Of a DNA stretch of 64,000 nt, positions 26,903 through 37,708 are shown piece by piece. Positions within the stretch are counted from its first letter, which is position 1. The number at the start of each line of letters is the position of its first letter. The DNA comes from Desulfomonilia bacterium (GTDB lineage Bacteria > Desulfobacterota > Desulfomonilia > UBA1062): NCBI GenBank assembly GCA_050014195.1, contig JBEKDT010000012.1:94181-158180 (forward strand), in the 5' to 3' direction. The notes beneath the pieces were generated by a model. It made no database searches. It was not told where the DNA came from and saw nothing but the letters and a program-made list of their open reading frames with translations. The position numbers and the translations under genes are program-made.

Positions 26903-27496
26903 TTAGATGTGCAACGGTCCTTCACAGATCGTCTCCGAGAGCATACGTCTATTGCTTGGGGATTCGCGTTTCTTAAGCGTTTCCGGTAGGTCTTCCAAGT
27001 TCCCGGGTTTGCCTATTGCCGCCATCGCCTCGACATTGAACTCTCCCGGAATATTCAATACGGTCCGCGCCAGTTCATAATCGAATCCTTGCATGCCGTG
27101 CACGACGTAGCCTTTGAGTATACCCTGAAGTGCAAGGTTCTCCCATGCAGCACCGGTATCATAGGAATGGGTGATTGACGGCTGGTTATTATGGTCGAAA
27201 GTTGTCTTGGAGATGAAAACCAGTAGTGCAGCTGCGTTTCGAGCCCAGACTTGGTTGGACTCAGTGAGCAGGTTGAAAAAAAGCGGCCAGTATTTGGTGT
27301 TCCGTCTTGCATAAAGGATGCGCCACGGCTGGTTGTTGTTCGAAGACGGCGCCCATCGTGCGGCTTCAAATAACACCATGAGTTCCACATCAGGGATCTC
27401 TTCACCCGACATAGCACGTGGCGACCAGCGGTCGAGGAAAAGTTTGTCAATAGGGTGGTCGGCTTGCCGTATGTCACTTCCTTTTATCATAGGCAC
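26903..27496 (-). CDS. Nitroreductase family protein
   Basis: RWSPRAM, AARWAPSSNNNQPW, DTGAAW. Confidence 0.92.
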   Translation of the reverse strand: MPMIKGSDIRQADHPIDKLFLDRWSPRAMSGEEIPDVELMVLFEAARWAPSSNNNQPWRILYARRNTKYWPLFFNLLTESNQVWARNAAALLVFISKTTFDHNNQPSITHSYDTGAAWENLALQGILKGYVVHGMQGFDYELARTVLNIPGEFNVEAMAAIGKPGNLEDLPETLKKRESPSNRRMLSETICEGPLHI

Positions 27497-27763
27497 GTTC
27501 TGTATTCTCCTTGTAGGTTCACTTGCTCCTTATTGATAATCGAGGGAAAAACATACCTGATTTAACATTTTTTCTAAATTAAAATCCCATTTCCAGCTCA
27601 ACGAACTTGTGCAAGAGAAGACCTGTGTTGAATAGTGGGGGCAAGTCTTGCTTTGAGAAATTCATAAAGTAATTAATAGGTGTGAATATAATGATGCGTG
27701 ACCTGAATACAGGCATTATCACGGTATTACTGAGAGAACGATGAAAATTGAAAGGAGACAGAC

Positions 27764-28561
27764 ATGAATAAAATCCTCCTAATCGGTTTTTGCTGCGCCT
27801 TCATATCAATGTTGACGTTGGGCTCTCCGTCTTGGGCAGCAGTAAGGACAGAGATTGTCCCTTACAAACATGGGGATGTGGAGCTTATCGGTTACCTGGC
27901 TTATGATGACTCTGTTAAGGGACCCAGACCAGGGGTCCTGGTCGTCCATGAATGGTGGGGCCTCAACGGCTATATTAAGAAACGCGCTGAGCAGTTGGCT
28001 TCTGATGGTTACATCGCATTTGCCGTGGATATGTATGGAAAAGGTTTCATGACCAAAGACCCGAATGAGGCAAGGGCCTTTGCAGGAAAATTCAGGGATG
28101 GTGACCGCAAGCTTTTACGCGATCGGGTGAATGCAGGATTAAAGGTGTTACGGGATCACCCTCTAACGGATAAACTGAGAATTGCCGCAATAGGTTACTG
28201 CTTCGGGGGTACAACAGTGCTGGAGCTCGCCAGAAGCGGGGCAGAGATAGCCGGTGTAATAAGCTTTCATGGGGGGCTCGATACGCCTAACCCTGATGAT
28301 GCCAAGAACATAAAGGCAAAGGTGCTTGTGCTCCATGGGGCAGATGACCCGAATGTACCTGTTCCCCAGGTCATTGCATTTCAGGAAGAGATGCGAAAGT
28401 CAAAAGTCGACTGGCAGATGGTCAGTTACGGAGGGGCGGTTCACAGCTTCACAAACCCTGATTCCGGGTCAGATCCTTCTCGTGGTGCAGCATATAATGC
28501 GAAGGCCGATAAGCGATCCTGGGAGCATATGAAAGTCTTTTTTACTGAGATATTTAAATAA
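27764..28561 (+). CDS. Dienelactone hydrolase family protein with signal peptide
   Basis: HEWWG, GYCFGG, HGADDP, HSFTNP. Confidence 0.92.
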   Translation: MNKILLIGFCCAFISMLTLGSPSWAAVRTEIVPYKHGDVELIGYLAYDDSVKGPRPGVLVVHEWWGLNGYIKKRAEQLASDGYIAFAVDMYGKGFMTKDPNEARAFAGKFRDGDRKLLRDRVNAGLKVLRDHPLTDKLRIAAIGYCFGGTTVLELARSGAEIAGVISFHGGLDTPNPDDAKNIKAKVLVLHGADDPNVPVPQVIAFQEEMRKSKVDWQMVSYGGAVHSFTNPDSGSDPSRGAAYNAKADKRSWEHMKVFFTEIFK

Positions 28562-28584
28562 CAAGTCGGAAAAGAGAAAGTAAT

Positions 28585-29430
28585 TCAGTTAAATTTGATG
28601 AGATACCGGTATATCAGCCAGAAGTGTGCGCTGCTTCCGAGCATGACAAAGATGTGGAAAATCTCATGGTATCCGAAGAACGGGGGCGTGTCATCCGATT
28701 TTTCCAATGCATAGAAAATTGCACCTATGGTGTACGAAAGGCCGCCTACAACAAGCCAGAAGATGGCCCAGGGCTGAAGCGTTCTGAGGATGTGGCCTGT
28801 AGCGACAAGAGAGAAGAAGCCTGCAAAAAAATATATTGAAAGACAGATCTTTTTGGGCACTTTAATCCAGTATAACTTGAAAATCGTACCAAGGGCGGCT
28901 ATCACCCAGATGCATGCGAATACACTCCACCCGAAAGGGCCCCTGAAGGGTATGAGGCAAAATGGGGTGTAGGTGGCTGCTATGAAGACAAATATCATAA
29001 TGTGGTCGAGTTTTCTGAGTTGCAGGATCTTTTTTGCAGAAAGAGGGAGCCAGTGGAACAGTGTACTGACCACATAGAGAAGGATCATGGATATGCCGAA
29101 GATCGAATATGTTACCAAGTGCCATGGTCTGAAAGGTTCCGTAGTTTCCAAGACAAGGGCGACAAGCCCAACAGCTGCGAGTACTGCACCAAGGCAGTGT
29201 GTGAGACCGCTCATGGGTTCTCTGAGTCTCGTTTTAGCTTGTAAATGAAGAATCCGGTTTTCTATCAAAGATATTAAGTCTTGGAGGCGGGTGTTTATCC
29301 CGGTATCGGGTAATCCTTGGGGAAGGGCGACAGGACCGGGATGTGGGAGGACGGCTTCGGATACCGAAGGGATGTTGCGGGATACTGTATCTTTTCGTGA
29401 TGCTGTCATACCACTCTCCAGTTCAAACAA
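28585..29430 (-). CDS. Hemolysin III/PAQR family membrane protein
   Basis: SGLTH, STLFHW, DHIMIFVFIAATYTP, HEIFHIFV; start uncertain. Confidence 0.9.
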   Translation of the reverse strand: MFELESGMTASRKDTVSRNIPSVSEAVLPHPGPVALPQGLPDTGINTRLQDLISLIENRILHLQAKTRLREPMSGLTHCLGAVLAAVGLVALVLETTEPFRPWHLVTYSIFGISMILLYVVSTLFHWLPLSAKKILQLRKLDHIMIFVFIAATYTPFCLIPFRGPFGWSVFACIWVIAALGTIFKLYWIKVPKKICLSIYFFAGFFSLVATGHILRTLQPWAIFWLVVGGLSYTIGAIFYALEKSDDTPPFFGYHEIFHIFVMLGSSAHFWLIYRYLIKFN

Positions 29431-29732
29431 TAAGCAATAATTATATTATTATCTATTCACCCTGCGTGCCATAAATTGTAAAAAGGAGGATTATTCCAAC
29501 AGGCCTAATTTATTGGTGAAATGAATTATTGATCAATATAGCTTAGGATTACAAGAAATAGAGAGAGAAATTTATTACACATTAACGGCAAATATATCCA
29601 TATTATATTTATACAAATTCATTACGGTTAGATCTATTGACCTTTACCCTGCCTATAGGTAATAACCCTGATAAAGTTCATCCAGAGGATAAGCCTGTGA
29701 ACAATAATAAGGTACGAAAGGGGTTTTCACCG

Positions 29733-30626
29733 ATGATCAGAAGACAGTTTGTTTTTTTCCTGATGACTTTTGTCATGCTGACTGTTCTTTCCTGTGCGCC
29801 AAAAGAAATTCCCAAACAGATCGCTCCACCTCCGAAGCCGGCCAAGATTGCCGTAGTCCTTGGGGCCGGTGCATCGAAGGGCTTTGCCCATGTCGGGGTA
29901 TTGAAGGTGCTAGAAATGTATAAAATCCCCATCCACATGGTGGTGGGCACGAGTGCAGGCAGCCTGGTAGGCAGCCTGTACGCATCAGGAATAAATGCAT
30001 ATGACCTCCAGGATCTGGCCATGACGATCGAGAAGAGTGATGTTATCGATTATAGGATCATTCCGGATAATGGTTTTATCAAAGGGGAAAAGCTTGAGGA
30101 TTTCATAAACAAGGCCGTAAAGAACGTCCCCATAGAAAAGCTGAAGATCCGTTATTATGCCGTGGCAACCAACGTGGCCACAGGGGAAGAGGTGGTCTTT
30201 ACCGCAGGTAATACAGGAAAGGCGGTTCATGCAAGCTGCGCCGTACCAGGAGTATTTCAGCCGGTGAAGATCGGCACAAACACGTATGTGGATGGAGGCG
30301 TAGTCAGCCCAGTGGCAGTGGATGTGGCCAGACGCTATGGAGCAGATGTGGTTATTGCTGTGGACATCTCCGGCGGTATTGCCGGGGTGGTGCCACAGGG
30401 TACTTTGGACACAATGCTTAAGTCGGTCGACATCATGTACGCAAAGATCAGCGAATATCAGTTGAAAAAAGCGGATGTCGTGATCCGCCCTGATGTGAAG
30501 AATATTGGATCGACAGAAATGGAAAAGAGGCACAAGGCCATTCTTGAAGGCGAGAAGGCAGCTGCGGCGGCAATGCCTGCCATTCAGCAGATCATAGCCA
30601 AACTTAAACAGGAAGGGAGGCTGTAA
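29733..30626 (+). CDS. Patatin-like phospholipase (lipoprotein)
   Basis: Lipobox LSC; GAGASKG, GTSAG, DGG. Confidence 0.92.
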   Translation: MIRRQFVFFLMTFVMLTVLSCAPKEIPKQIAPPPKPAKIAVVLGAGASKGFAHVGVLKVLEMYKIPIHMVVGTSAGSLVGSLYASGINAYDLQDLAMTIEKSDVIDYRIIPDNGFIKGEKLEDFINKAVKNVPIEKLKIRYYAVATNVATGEEVVFTAGNTGKAVHASCAVPGVFQPVKIGTNTYVDGGVVSPVAVDVARRYGADVVIAVDISGGIAGVVPQGTLDTMLKSVDIMYAKISEYQLKKADVVIRPDVKNIGSTEMEKRHKAILEGEKAAAAAMPAIQQIIAKLKQEGRL

Positions 30627-30687
30627 TCATCCGTTTCAGGATGGATGGGCCAAGCGTTACGCACCATCACATTTGTATCTTTTATCC

Positions 30688-31806
30688 TTACCGGAAGGTC
30701 GCCCGGAAGCGGATCATGGCACCGATGAAGAGCACGGTCCCGATGGCAGCCATGGCTGCAAGTTGAGGCCAGACCACGCTGATTCCCGCATCTCTGAACA
30801 GGACCCGCGCACAGAATTCCATATAATGGGTGGTCGGGGCAAATTGCATGGCGATCTGGAGGAACCTGGGCATGGATTCTAAAGGTGTTGTCCCGCCATT
30901 CAGCATGGAGATAGGCACGATGATAGGCATGCTCAGAAGACCTGCCTGGGGCTGGTTCTTGGCGATAGTGGCAAGGAATACACCCAACTCGGTTGTTGCA
31001 TAGAGAAAAACAATCGTCCCGAGAAAGAAGAGGAAGGTCGAGCCATGGATGGGGGCACCGATGACCCACTTCACGGAAAATAAGAGCGAAAACATGGCCC
31101 CCACTACCACGATAAAGCTGTTGGCCCAGACCTTGGCGATGGTAATTTCTACCGGGACAAGGGGCATGACAAGCAAATGTTCCACCGTGCCGCGTTCCTT
31201 TTCCTTTATGAGGGCCGCAGCAGGCAGGATTATGGATAAGAGTGTTATCATGTGAGTGAGGAATACGACGCTCATGAACCAGGAGCTTTCACGATTCTGG
31301 TTGTACAGCACGCGGGTGGTCAGCTGAAAGGGCAGGTTGGGGAGCTTCTGGGACCTCAGCACGAAAGTGTTTATTTCGTCGTTTATGATCCTTGTCAGGT
31401 ATGTCGCGCCGAGCTTGGCATGTCCGATTGCCGTGGCATCGACATCTATGCTGACCTCGGGAGACTTCCCGGCAAGCACATTCTTCTGGAATCCCGATGG
31501 GATGTGGATGACAAAGATATATTCACCCCTGTCCATGACACGGTTGATCTCATCAAACGAGATGGCATGGGGCTTTTTGAAAAAGGGTTTCTGAATGGCA
31601 TCGATGATTCGAAACGAAAGGGGAGACTGATCTTCATCCACGTATGCTACCGAAGAGTCACGTACCTGAAGGCCTGTACCCTTGGAGGGGACAATGACCA
31701 TGACAGTGAAGGAATAGATGACCAGGACCACCAATACATAATCATAGCGGAAGCTGATGAGTTCCTTCAACCCGAGCCGATAGATGTGCCGGAGGTTTCT
31801 TATCAT
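30688..31806 (-). CDS. yhhJ: ABC-2 permease (YhhJ-like)
   Basis: EKERGTVEHLLVMP, GGTTPLESMP; follows rbbA. Confidence 0.85.
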   Translation of the reverse strand: MIRNLRHIYRLGLKELISFRYDYVLVVLVIYSFTVMVIVPSKGTGLQVRDSSVAYVDEDQSPLSFRIIDAIQKPFFKKPHAISFDEINRVMDRGEYIFVIHIPSGFQKNVLAGKSPEVSIDVDATAIGHAKLGATYLTRIINDEINTFVLRSQKLPNLPFQLTTRVLYNQNRESSWFMSVVFLTHMITLLSIILPAAALIKEKERGTVEHLLVMPLVPVEITIAKVWANSFIVVVGAMFSLLFSVKWVIGAPIHGSTFLFFLGTIVFLYATTELGVFLATIAKNQPQAGLLSMPIIVPISMLNGGTTPLESMPRFLQIAMQFAPTTHYMEFCARVLFRDAGISVVWPQLAAMAAIGTVLFIGAMIRFRATFR

Positions 31807-31807
31807 G

Positions 31808-34564
31808 CTATTTGTCCTGTTTTTTCAGTAGGAAGACCGTCATGGTCTGTATAGTAGTGTAGATCATGACAAGGAAGACAAAATTCCATACAAGTTCCGG
31901 AAAACCTATGCCCTTGGTGAAGGTCCCGACACTGATGTTCAGGAAATAGCGGGCAGGGAAGATCCATGACATGAACTTGGCGCCCCCGATAAGTGTTGAT
32001 GCCGGTGTGGTAAGACCCGAGAAATCGAAAGAGGGTACAAGGGTAATGACAAAGGCGGCCACAAGGGAGGCGATCTGGGTCTGGGTAAAGGTGGATATCA
32101 ACAGCCCGATGCCGGTACTCGTAATGATATAGAGCATCGCCCCGACAACAAGGGCCGGTCCGCTGCCCTTGAAGGGGATGTCGAAGAGGAACCTGACCAC
32201 ACCGATAAGGATCAGGAAGGTGATGGCGGTTATGACAATATAAGGGATCTGCTTACCCCAGAGAAACTCTAGCCTGGTCATGGGGCTGGAATAGAAGTTT
32301 GTGATGGAGCCAAGCTCTTTTTCTCTCACCACACCTATTGCAGTGAGCATGGAGGGAACCAGCATAAGCACCACGGCCAGCAATCCGGGAACAATGGAAA
32401 AGCGACTCCGCACCAGGGGGTTATACCAGTAGCGGGGCTGGACATGAGTGTTTGAACGTCCTAGGGGTGCAGGAGACAGGGCGGCTAGATCCATAAGATA
32501 AGATAAGTGAACTGCATCCACATAGTTTTTTGTCGTCTCAGCCCTGAAAGGCATGGTACCGTCTATCCAGACACCCACCGAGGGGCTTTCGCCACGCTTG
32601 ATATCCTTTTCGAAGCCGGGCGGGATCTCGATGACCATCTTGAAATCACCCTTCTTAAAACCCTCCTCGATCTCGGATGGTGAGTGTATGGGCGGTTTTT
32701 CGTCAAAGTAGCGGGAGCCGGAAAAGTATTCCAGATAGTCACGGCTCCACAATTTCTGATCATAATCGAGGATGCTGAAATTGATCTTCTCGATATCGGT
32801 TGAGATGCCGAACCCGAAGACAATCAGAAGGAATGGAGACACAATGAAAGAAGTGATGAGCCTGACAGGGTCCCGGAAAAGTTCCAATGACTCCCTCCGT
32901 GCAAGGGCAGCCAGACGGTGAATATCGAAGAAGCGTCTATGTTTGTGGACACGCTCGGGTGTAAGCATGAACGGTATGCTCTGCCTTTCATCATCCAGTT
33001 CTTTCGCGGCGCCGCTCTTGGCAATATCCTCTTTCATGTAGGCGATAAAAGCCTCTTCAAGGGTCTTGCAATCTCGCATTGAGATGAGCTCGTCAGGCGA
33101 TTCGCAGGCAAGGACGCGCCCCATGCTCATGAGGGCGACCCTATCACAGCGATTAGCTTCATTCATGTAATGGGTGGTCACGAAGATGGTAACACCACGT
33201 TCCCTGGAGAGCTGTATGAGGAGCTCCCAGAAGTGGTCCCTGGCAACGGGATCAACACCGGAGGTCGGCTCATCAAGGATCAATATCTCAGGCTCATGTA
33301 TAGCGGCCACAGCGAGGGAAAGGCGCTGGCGGATACCCAACGGCAGACGCTCGGTCTGATCGTCCATGACATCGGTAAGGCCGAAAGTCACGGCCATTTC
33401 TTTAACCCGGGAAGGAATGGCCTTAGAGGGCAGGTCAAAGAGGTGGGCGTGCATCTCAAGGTTCTGCCGTACCGTCAGCTCGCCATAGAGCGAAAAAGTC
33501 TGTGACATGTAGCCGATACGCTTTTTGAGTTCTATGCTCCCGGTTTCAACAGAGCTGCCGAAGATATAGGCCTCTCCATGTGTTGGATGCAGAAGCCCGG
33601 TTAGCATCTTCATGGTCGTGGTCTTGCCGCAGCCGTTCGAGCCGACAAAACCGAAGATCTCTCCCTTGGGTATGGTGAAAGAGACATCGTCGACTGCAGT
33701 AAAGTCGCCGAATCGCTTGGTGAGATTGTGGGCCTCAATGGCAGAACCATCATCTGATATTTTTCTTGGAGGGGTCGTAAAAGTATGGTGGCCATAGCGC
33801 ATTTCTTCAGGCAACAGGGCAATGTAGGCGTCCTCGATAGTCGGTTTTCCTGTTTTTGCCATCAGCTCCTGCGGCGTACCGGAGGCAAGGACCCGACCGC
33901 CTTCCATCATGATCAGCCAGTCCAGATGCTCGGCTTCTTCCATGTATGCCGTTGCAATGAGGATGCTCATCCCTGCATGATGGTTGCCCATATCTTTAAC
34001 CAGTTCCCAGAACTGGCGTCTTGATAAAGGATCCACTCCCGTAGTCGGTTCATCCATGATGAGTACTTCAGGGTCGTGGATAAGGGCACAACATAGTCCC
34101 AATTTCTGCTTCATGCCGCCTGAGAGCTGGCCTGCTGGGCGATCGGAAAATGGTGCAAGATTGGTGGCTGTAAGGAGCCGATCAATACGCTCTTTTCTTT
34201 CCATGCGGGAGAACCCGAAGAGGCGGCCGAAGAAATCAATATTTTCATAGACCGAAAGTGTTGCATAGAGATTCTGTCCCAGGCCCTGAGGTATGTAAGC
34301 TATTTCAGAGCAGACATTGTGGCGGTGGATACCGGAACGCATATTGCCGCCCAGGACATGGACATCTCCGGTCTGGATCTTTTTCTGTCCGGAAATAAGA
34401 CCCAGCAGTGTGGATTTACCCACGCCATCGGGTCCGATAAAGCCCACCTGGCATCCGGCAGGTATGTCGATATTGATGGAATCAAGGGCTGTCTTTTTAC
34501 CATAGTGGTGGTGAAGACCCTCAATACGTGCAATGGTGTTGCCTTTCTCCATGGGGCTTCTCAT
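31808..34564 (-). CDS. rbbA: RbbA-like dual ABC ATPase fused to permease
   Basis: GPDGVGKS and GSNGCGKT Walker A motifs; REKELGSITNFY permease. Confidence 0.9.
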   Translation of the reverse strand: MRSPMEKGNTIARIEGLHHHYGKKTALDSINIDIPAGCQVGFIGPDGVGKSTLLGLISGQKKIQTGDVHVLGGNMRSGIHRHNVCSEIAYIPQGLGQNLYATLSVYENIDFFGRLFGFSRMERKERIDRLLTATNLAPFSDRPAGQLSGGMKQKLGLCCALIHDPEVLIMDEPTTGVDPLSRRQFWELVKDMGNHHAGMSILIATAYMEEAEHLDWLIMMEGGRVLASGTPQELMAKTGKPTIEDAYIALLPEEMRYGHHTFTTPPRKISDDGSAIEAHNLTKRFGDFTAVDDVSFTIPKGEIFGFVGSNGCGKTTTMKMLTGLLHPTHGEAYIFGSSVETGSIELKKRIGYMSQTFSLYGELTVRQNLEMHAHLFDLPSKAIPSRVKEMAVTFGLTDVMDDQTERLPLGIRQRLSLAVAAIHEPEILILDEPTSGVDPVARDHFWELLIQLSRERGVTIFVTTHYMNEANRCDRVALMSMGRVLACESPDELISMRDCKTLEEAFIAYMKEDIAKSGAAKELDDERQSIPFMLTPERVHKHRRFFDIHRLAALARRESLELFRDPVRLITSFIVSPFLLIVFGFGISTDIEKINFSILDYDQKLWSRDYLEYFSGSRYFDEKPPIHSPSEIEEGFKKGDFKMVIEIPPGFEKDIKRGESPSVGVWIDGTMPFRAETTKNYVDAVHLSYLMDLAALSPAPLGRSNTHVQPRYWYNPLVRSRFSIVPGLLAVVLMLVPSMLTAIGVVREKELGSITNFYSSPMTRLEFLWGKQIPYIVITAITFLILIGVVRFLFDIPFKGSGPALVVGAMLYIITSTGIGLLISTFTQTQIASLVAAFVITLVPSFDFSGLTTPASTLIGGAKFMSWIFPARYFLNISVGTFTKGIGFPELVWNFVFLVMIYTTIQTMTVFLLKKQDK

Positions 34565-35532
34565 TTAAAGAGATCCGGCCATTTTGCAGACTGATTCAAC
34601 CGGATGAACGCAACACCAGGCATGCCTGGTTTCAAACGCGGATCACTATAATCCTGGAGGCTGACAGTCACCCTAAAGACGAGCTTCTGGCGCTCCTCCG
34701 TGGCCTCGACTTCCTTGGGCGTGAACTGCGCCTTTTCCGAGACATAAGCTACCTTGGCCAGGAAGGGCTTATCAGGTATGGAATCGAGCAGGACCTTCGA
34801 CTCGGCGCCAAGGGGGATTTCCCCTGCAACATATTCAGACAGGTACACATTCATGTAAACATCAGTAGGGTCTACAATGGTCAGGACCTTACCTCCGTTG
34901 GGCAGGACCTCACCCGGCTCAGCGAGACGTGTCAGGACCGGCCCCTTGATGGGGCTCTTAAGCATTGAGTCATTAATATCCGCTTTCAGCCTTTCCGTCT
35001 GGGCTATTGCAGCAGCTATGGCGGCATCGGCTTCGGCCACGGAAGATTGTGATGCAGAGTATTCTGCATCAAGACTCTGTTTGGCTGTTAGATCACGGTC
35101 GTACTGCTGCTGTGTCGCGATGCCTTGCGCAAAGAGATTATTACTCCGCTTCAACTCCTTACCGGCAAGAATGGTCTTGAGGCGTATTCCCTCAACCTTT
35201 GATAATGTTGTCAGGCGGACCTGTTTTACCCGCACGACCTCTGCCTCAGCCTGCCTGAGTTGAGCCTCTAACGTTGTTGTATCCATCTTGGCTACAATCT
35301 GGTTCTTGTCCACAAAATCGCCCTCTTTCACGAGGACCTCTGTCAGGCGGCCTGACAATTTCGTGGCTATATCGACCTCGGTGGCTTCAAGACGGCCGTT
35401 AGCCTTCACAAAACCTTGCGGGACGGCATTTTTATCTTTGTTGAAGAAGATGTGGAAGCACAGAATCCCAACCAGAATAACAAAAGCCCCTATTGCGATA
35501 ATCCGTTTGAATACTTTTTTCTTGTTGGCCAT
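34561..35532 (-). CDS. HlyD-family membrane fusion protein (YhiI-like)
   Basis: NGRLEATE, AQFTPKEVE, KPGMPG. Confidence 0.9.
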   Translation of the reverse strand: MANKKKVFKRIIAIGAFVILVGILCFHIFFNKDKNAVPQGFVKANGRLEATEVDIATKLSGRLTEVLVKEGDFVDKNQIVAKMDTTTLEAQLRQAEAEVVRVKQVRLTTLSKVEGIRLKTILAGKELKRSNNLFAQGIATQQQYDRDLTAKQSLDAEYSASQSSVAEADAAIAAAIAQTERLKADINDSMLKSPIKGPVLTRLAEPGEVLPNGGKVLTIVDPTDVYMNVYLSEYVAGEIPLGAESKVLLDSIPDKPFLAKVAYVSEKAQFTPKEVEATEERQKLVFRVTVSLQDYSDPRLKPGMPGVAFIRLNQSAKWPDLFK

Positions 35533-35614
35533 ACTCCCCCTTTTGAGAAATTACCATTTTCATCATCCGGCACGCCAAAAACGTGTGCAGGAATGTACAA
35601 CAGCCATCAGGCTG

Positions 35615-36190
35615 TTACAGCTCTCTTTTTCTCAGACCGTTTATCAGACAATCCATGGAACACTGGAAAGCCTTTTCAAATTCAGCCCCGGTTAGACCCG
35701 AGCGGAAATAATGTATAACGATACCTTCGATGAGATCAAAAATAAATTCCGGGGTCAGATCGTCCCTTATGCGACCCATATCCATTCCGTTTTGGATAAA
35801 TTGAGAAATGGTTGTCGTAAGCTCCTTCTGTGATGACTTGATCTTTTTTTCCATGGAAGGATATTCGAAGTAGATGTTGGGTATCACATTGGCAACGCTG
35901 TTCCTGGTAAGATCGACAACTTTTTCTATTATACGGTTTACCGCTGTTTCGTAATCTTTTTCTTCATTAATGATCCGGTCAATATGGAAGAGGTCTTGGC
36001 GCATCTTTGAAATAATGACCTGCTCCAATAACTGTTCTTTTGAACCGATGATTTTATAGAGTGTATTTTTTGCAAGGCCGGTCTCTTGGGCAAGCAAATC
36101 CATGTTCCATCCTCTCAGACCGTGCCTTCTTAAAAAATCGCGGGTAGTTAGAATGATCCTCTCTTTGATATCCGCATTACAAGACTTCAT
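35615..36190 (-). CDS. TetR/AcrR family regulator
   Basis: N-terminal HTH LAQETGLAKNTLYK..SKEQL. Confidence 0.88.
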   Translation of the reverse strand: MKSCNADIKERIILTTRDFLRRHGLRGWNMDLLAQETGLAKNTLYKIIGSKEQLLEQVIISKMRQDLFHIDRIINEEKDYETAVNRIIEKVVDLTRNSVANVIPNIYFEYPSMEKKIKSSQKELTTTISQFIQNGMDMGRIRDDLTPEFIFDLIEGIVIHYFRSGLTGAEFEKAFQCSMDCLINGLRKREL

Positions 36191-36381
36191 AACATCGCCT
36201 TATACGATATGAACTGATTTAGTATAATTAAAACAAGATGTGTATTTCGTCAATGACATTTTACATATGACTCATACCCGGACAATAGGTCAAACAGAGG
36301 TCTGTCTGATGGTTGCCGTTTTGGTCTAGTCTGTTATATATTAAACTTAAGCGTGTAACTGAGGAGTGAAGGATAAAGGAG

Positions 36382-37695
36382 ATGTCGGATATCATACTGG
36401 TCTATCCGTATGTATACAAACATACACGCAATGCCATGCTCTTTCATCCTCTTGGCATTGCGCAACTAAGCGCGATTTTAAGGCATGATGGTATTAAAAC
36501 CTCGGTTATAGATCTCACCTTCCGTAACATTGATGAAGCGCTTGTTGAACTGGTCGGGGCACGCCCGAAGGTGGTCGGCATCTATGTTATGCTCACCATG
36601 ATCGGAAGTGCACTCGAACTTGCAAGGAAGATACGTGTATTAACCCCCCATACCCTTATCGTTTGCGGGGGGCCTATGCCAACACTGAGACCCGAGCAAT
36701 TCACCCGGGACTTTGATCTTGTTTTCCGGGGTGAGTCTGTTCATTCATTTCCCCAATTCTTAAGAGATTACCTTGAGTCCGGAACCCTTTCAGACGTGCT
36801 CAGACATCATGACCGCTATCCCGGCATGTATACGAAAGACCTTCGAACCGGCATGATACTCCAAACTCCTTCACAAGCTACAGATGAGGGAGTCCTTAAT
36901 AAGTTACCAATCATTGACCGCCATGATTATGACCACAAGAGCTATCAGTTGTTCTGGAAAGAGAAAGTGGGCTTTTCCCCTGCCAGCATCATGACCACCT
37001 ATGGCTGCCCTCATAATTGTGATTTCTGTGCAAAACCTATTTTTGGCAGGTACTTCCGTCGCAGGGGCATGGACAGTATCATGGATGAGATCCATGACAT
37101 CAGATCGCTGGGGTATGATGGGCTCTGGATAGCCGATGACTGCTTCACGCTAGATCTCGATCATGTAAGGGCTTTCTGCAAGAGATTAATCAGGGAAGAT
37201 ATCCGGATGAAGTGGTCCTGCCTATCGCGTACAGAACCCATCTCGCGTGATGATGTGAGGCTCATGAAGCGCTCCGGATGCTCCAAGGTCTTTTTCGGAC
37301 TTGAATCAGGAAGCAATAAGGTGCTCAGACTCATGAACAAGAATACAACAACAAAGGCGGCAGAGCACATGATTAATCTTTTCTCCCGGAGCGGTATTGA
37401 AACAGCAGGGTTTTTCATGGTGGGCTATCCCGGTGAGACCCATGAAACCATTGAGGCCACACTCACCTGGGCTTTAAAGCTGCCTTTAAATGAAATCTCT
37501 TTTACTACCCCGTTTCCCCTGCCCGGCACAAAACTTTTTGATAAAGTATGCGGCTTGCAGGCTGATGCCGACTGGAGCTATGAGAATGAAAACCGTTTGA
37601 TCTTCCGTTCGGAGTTTGATGAGGAATATCTCAATGGTCGCATCGAAGAGACCTATTCAAAATTTGCAGACAGACAAGTATCCAAACACCAGTAA
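36382..37695 (+). CDS. B12-binding radical SAM protein
   Basis: HPLG..GGP B12 domain; GCPHNCDFC; FGLESG; GYPGET. Confidence 0.9.
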   Translation: MSDIILVYPYVYKHTRNAMLFHPLGIAQLSAILRHDGIKTSVIDLTFRNIDEALVELVGARPKVVGIYVMLTMIGSALELARKIRVLTPHTLIVCGGPMPTLRPEQFTRDFDLVFRGESVHSFPQFLRDYLESGTLSDVLRHHDRYPGMYTKDLRTGMILQTPSQATDEGVLNKLPIIDRHDYDHKSYQLFWKEKVGFSPASIMTTYGCPHNCDFCAKPIFGRYFRRRGMDSIMDEIHDIRSLGYDGLWIADDCFTLDLDHVRAFCKRLIREDIRMKWSCLSRTEPISRDDVRLMKRSGCSKVFFGLESGSNKVLRLMNKNTTTKAAEHMINLFSRSGIETAGFFMVGYPGETHETIEATLTWALKLPLNEISFTTPFPLPGTKLFDKVCGLQADADWSYENENRLIFRSEFDEEYLNGRIEETYSKFADRQVSKHQ

Positions 37696-37708
37696 ACACA
37701 TCTCTCCA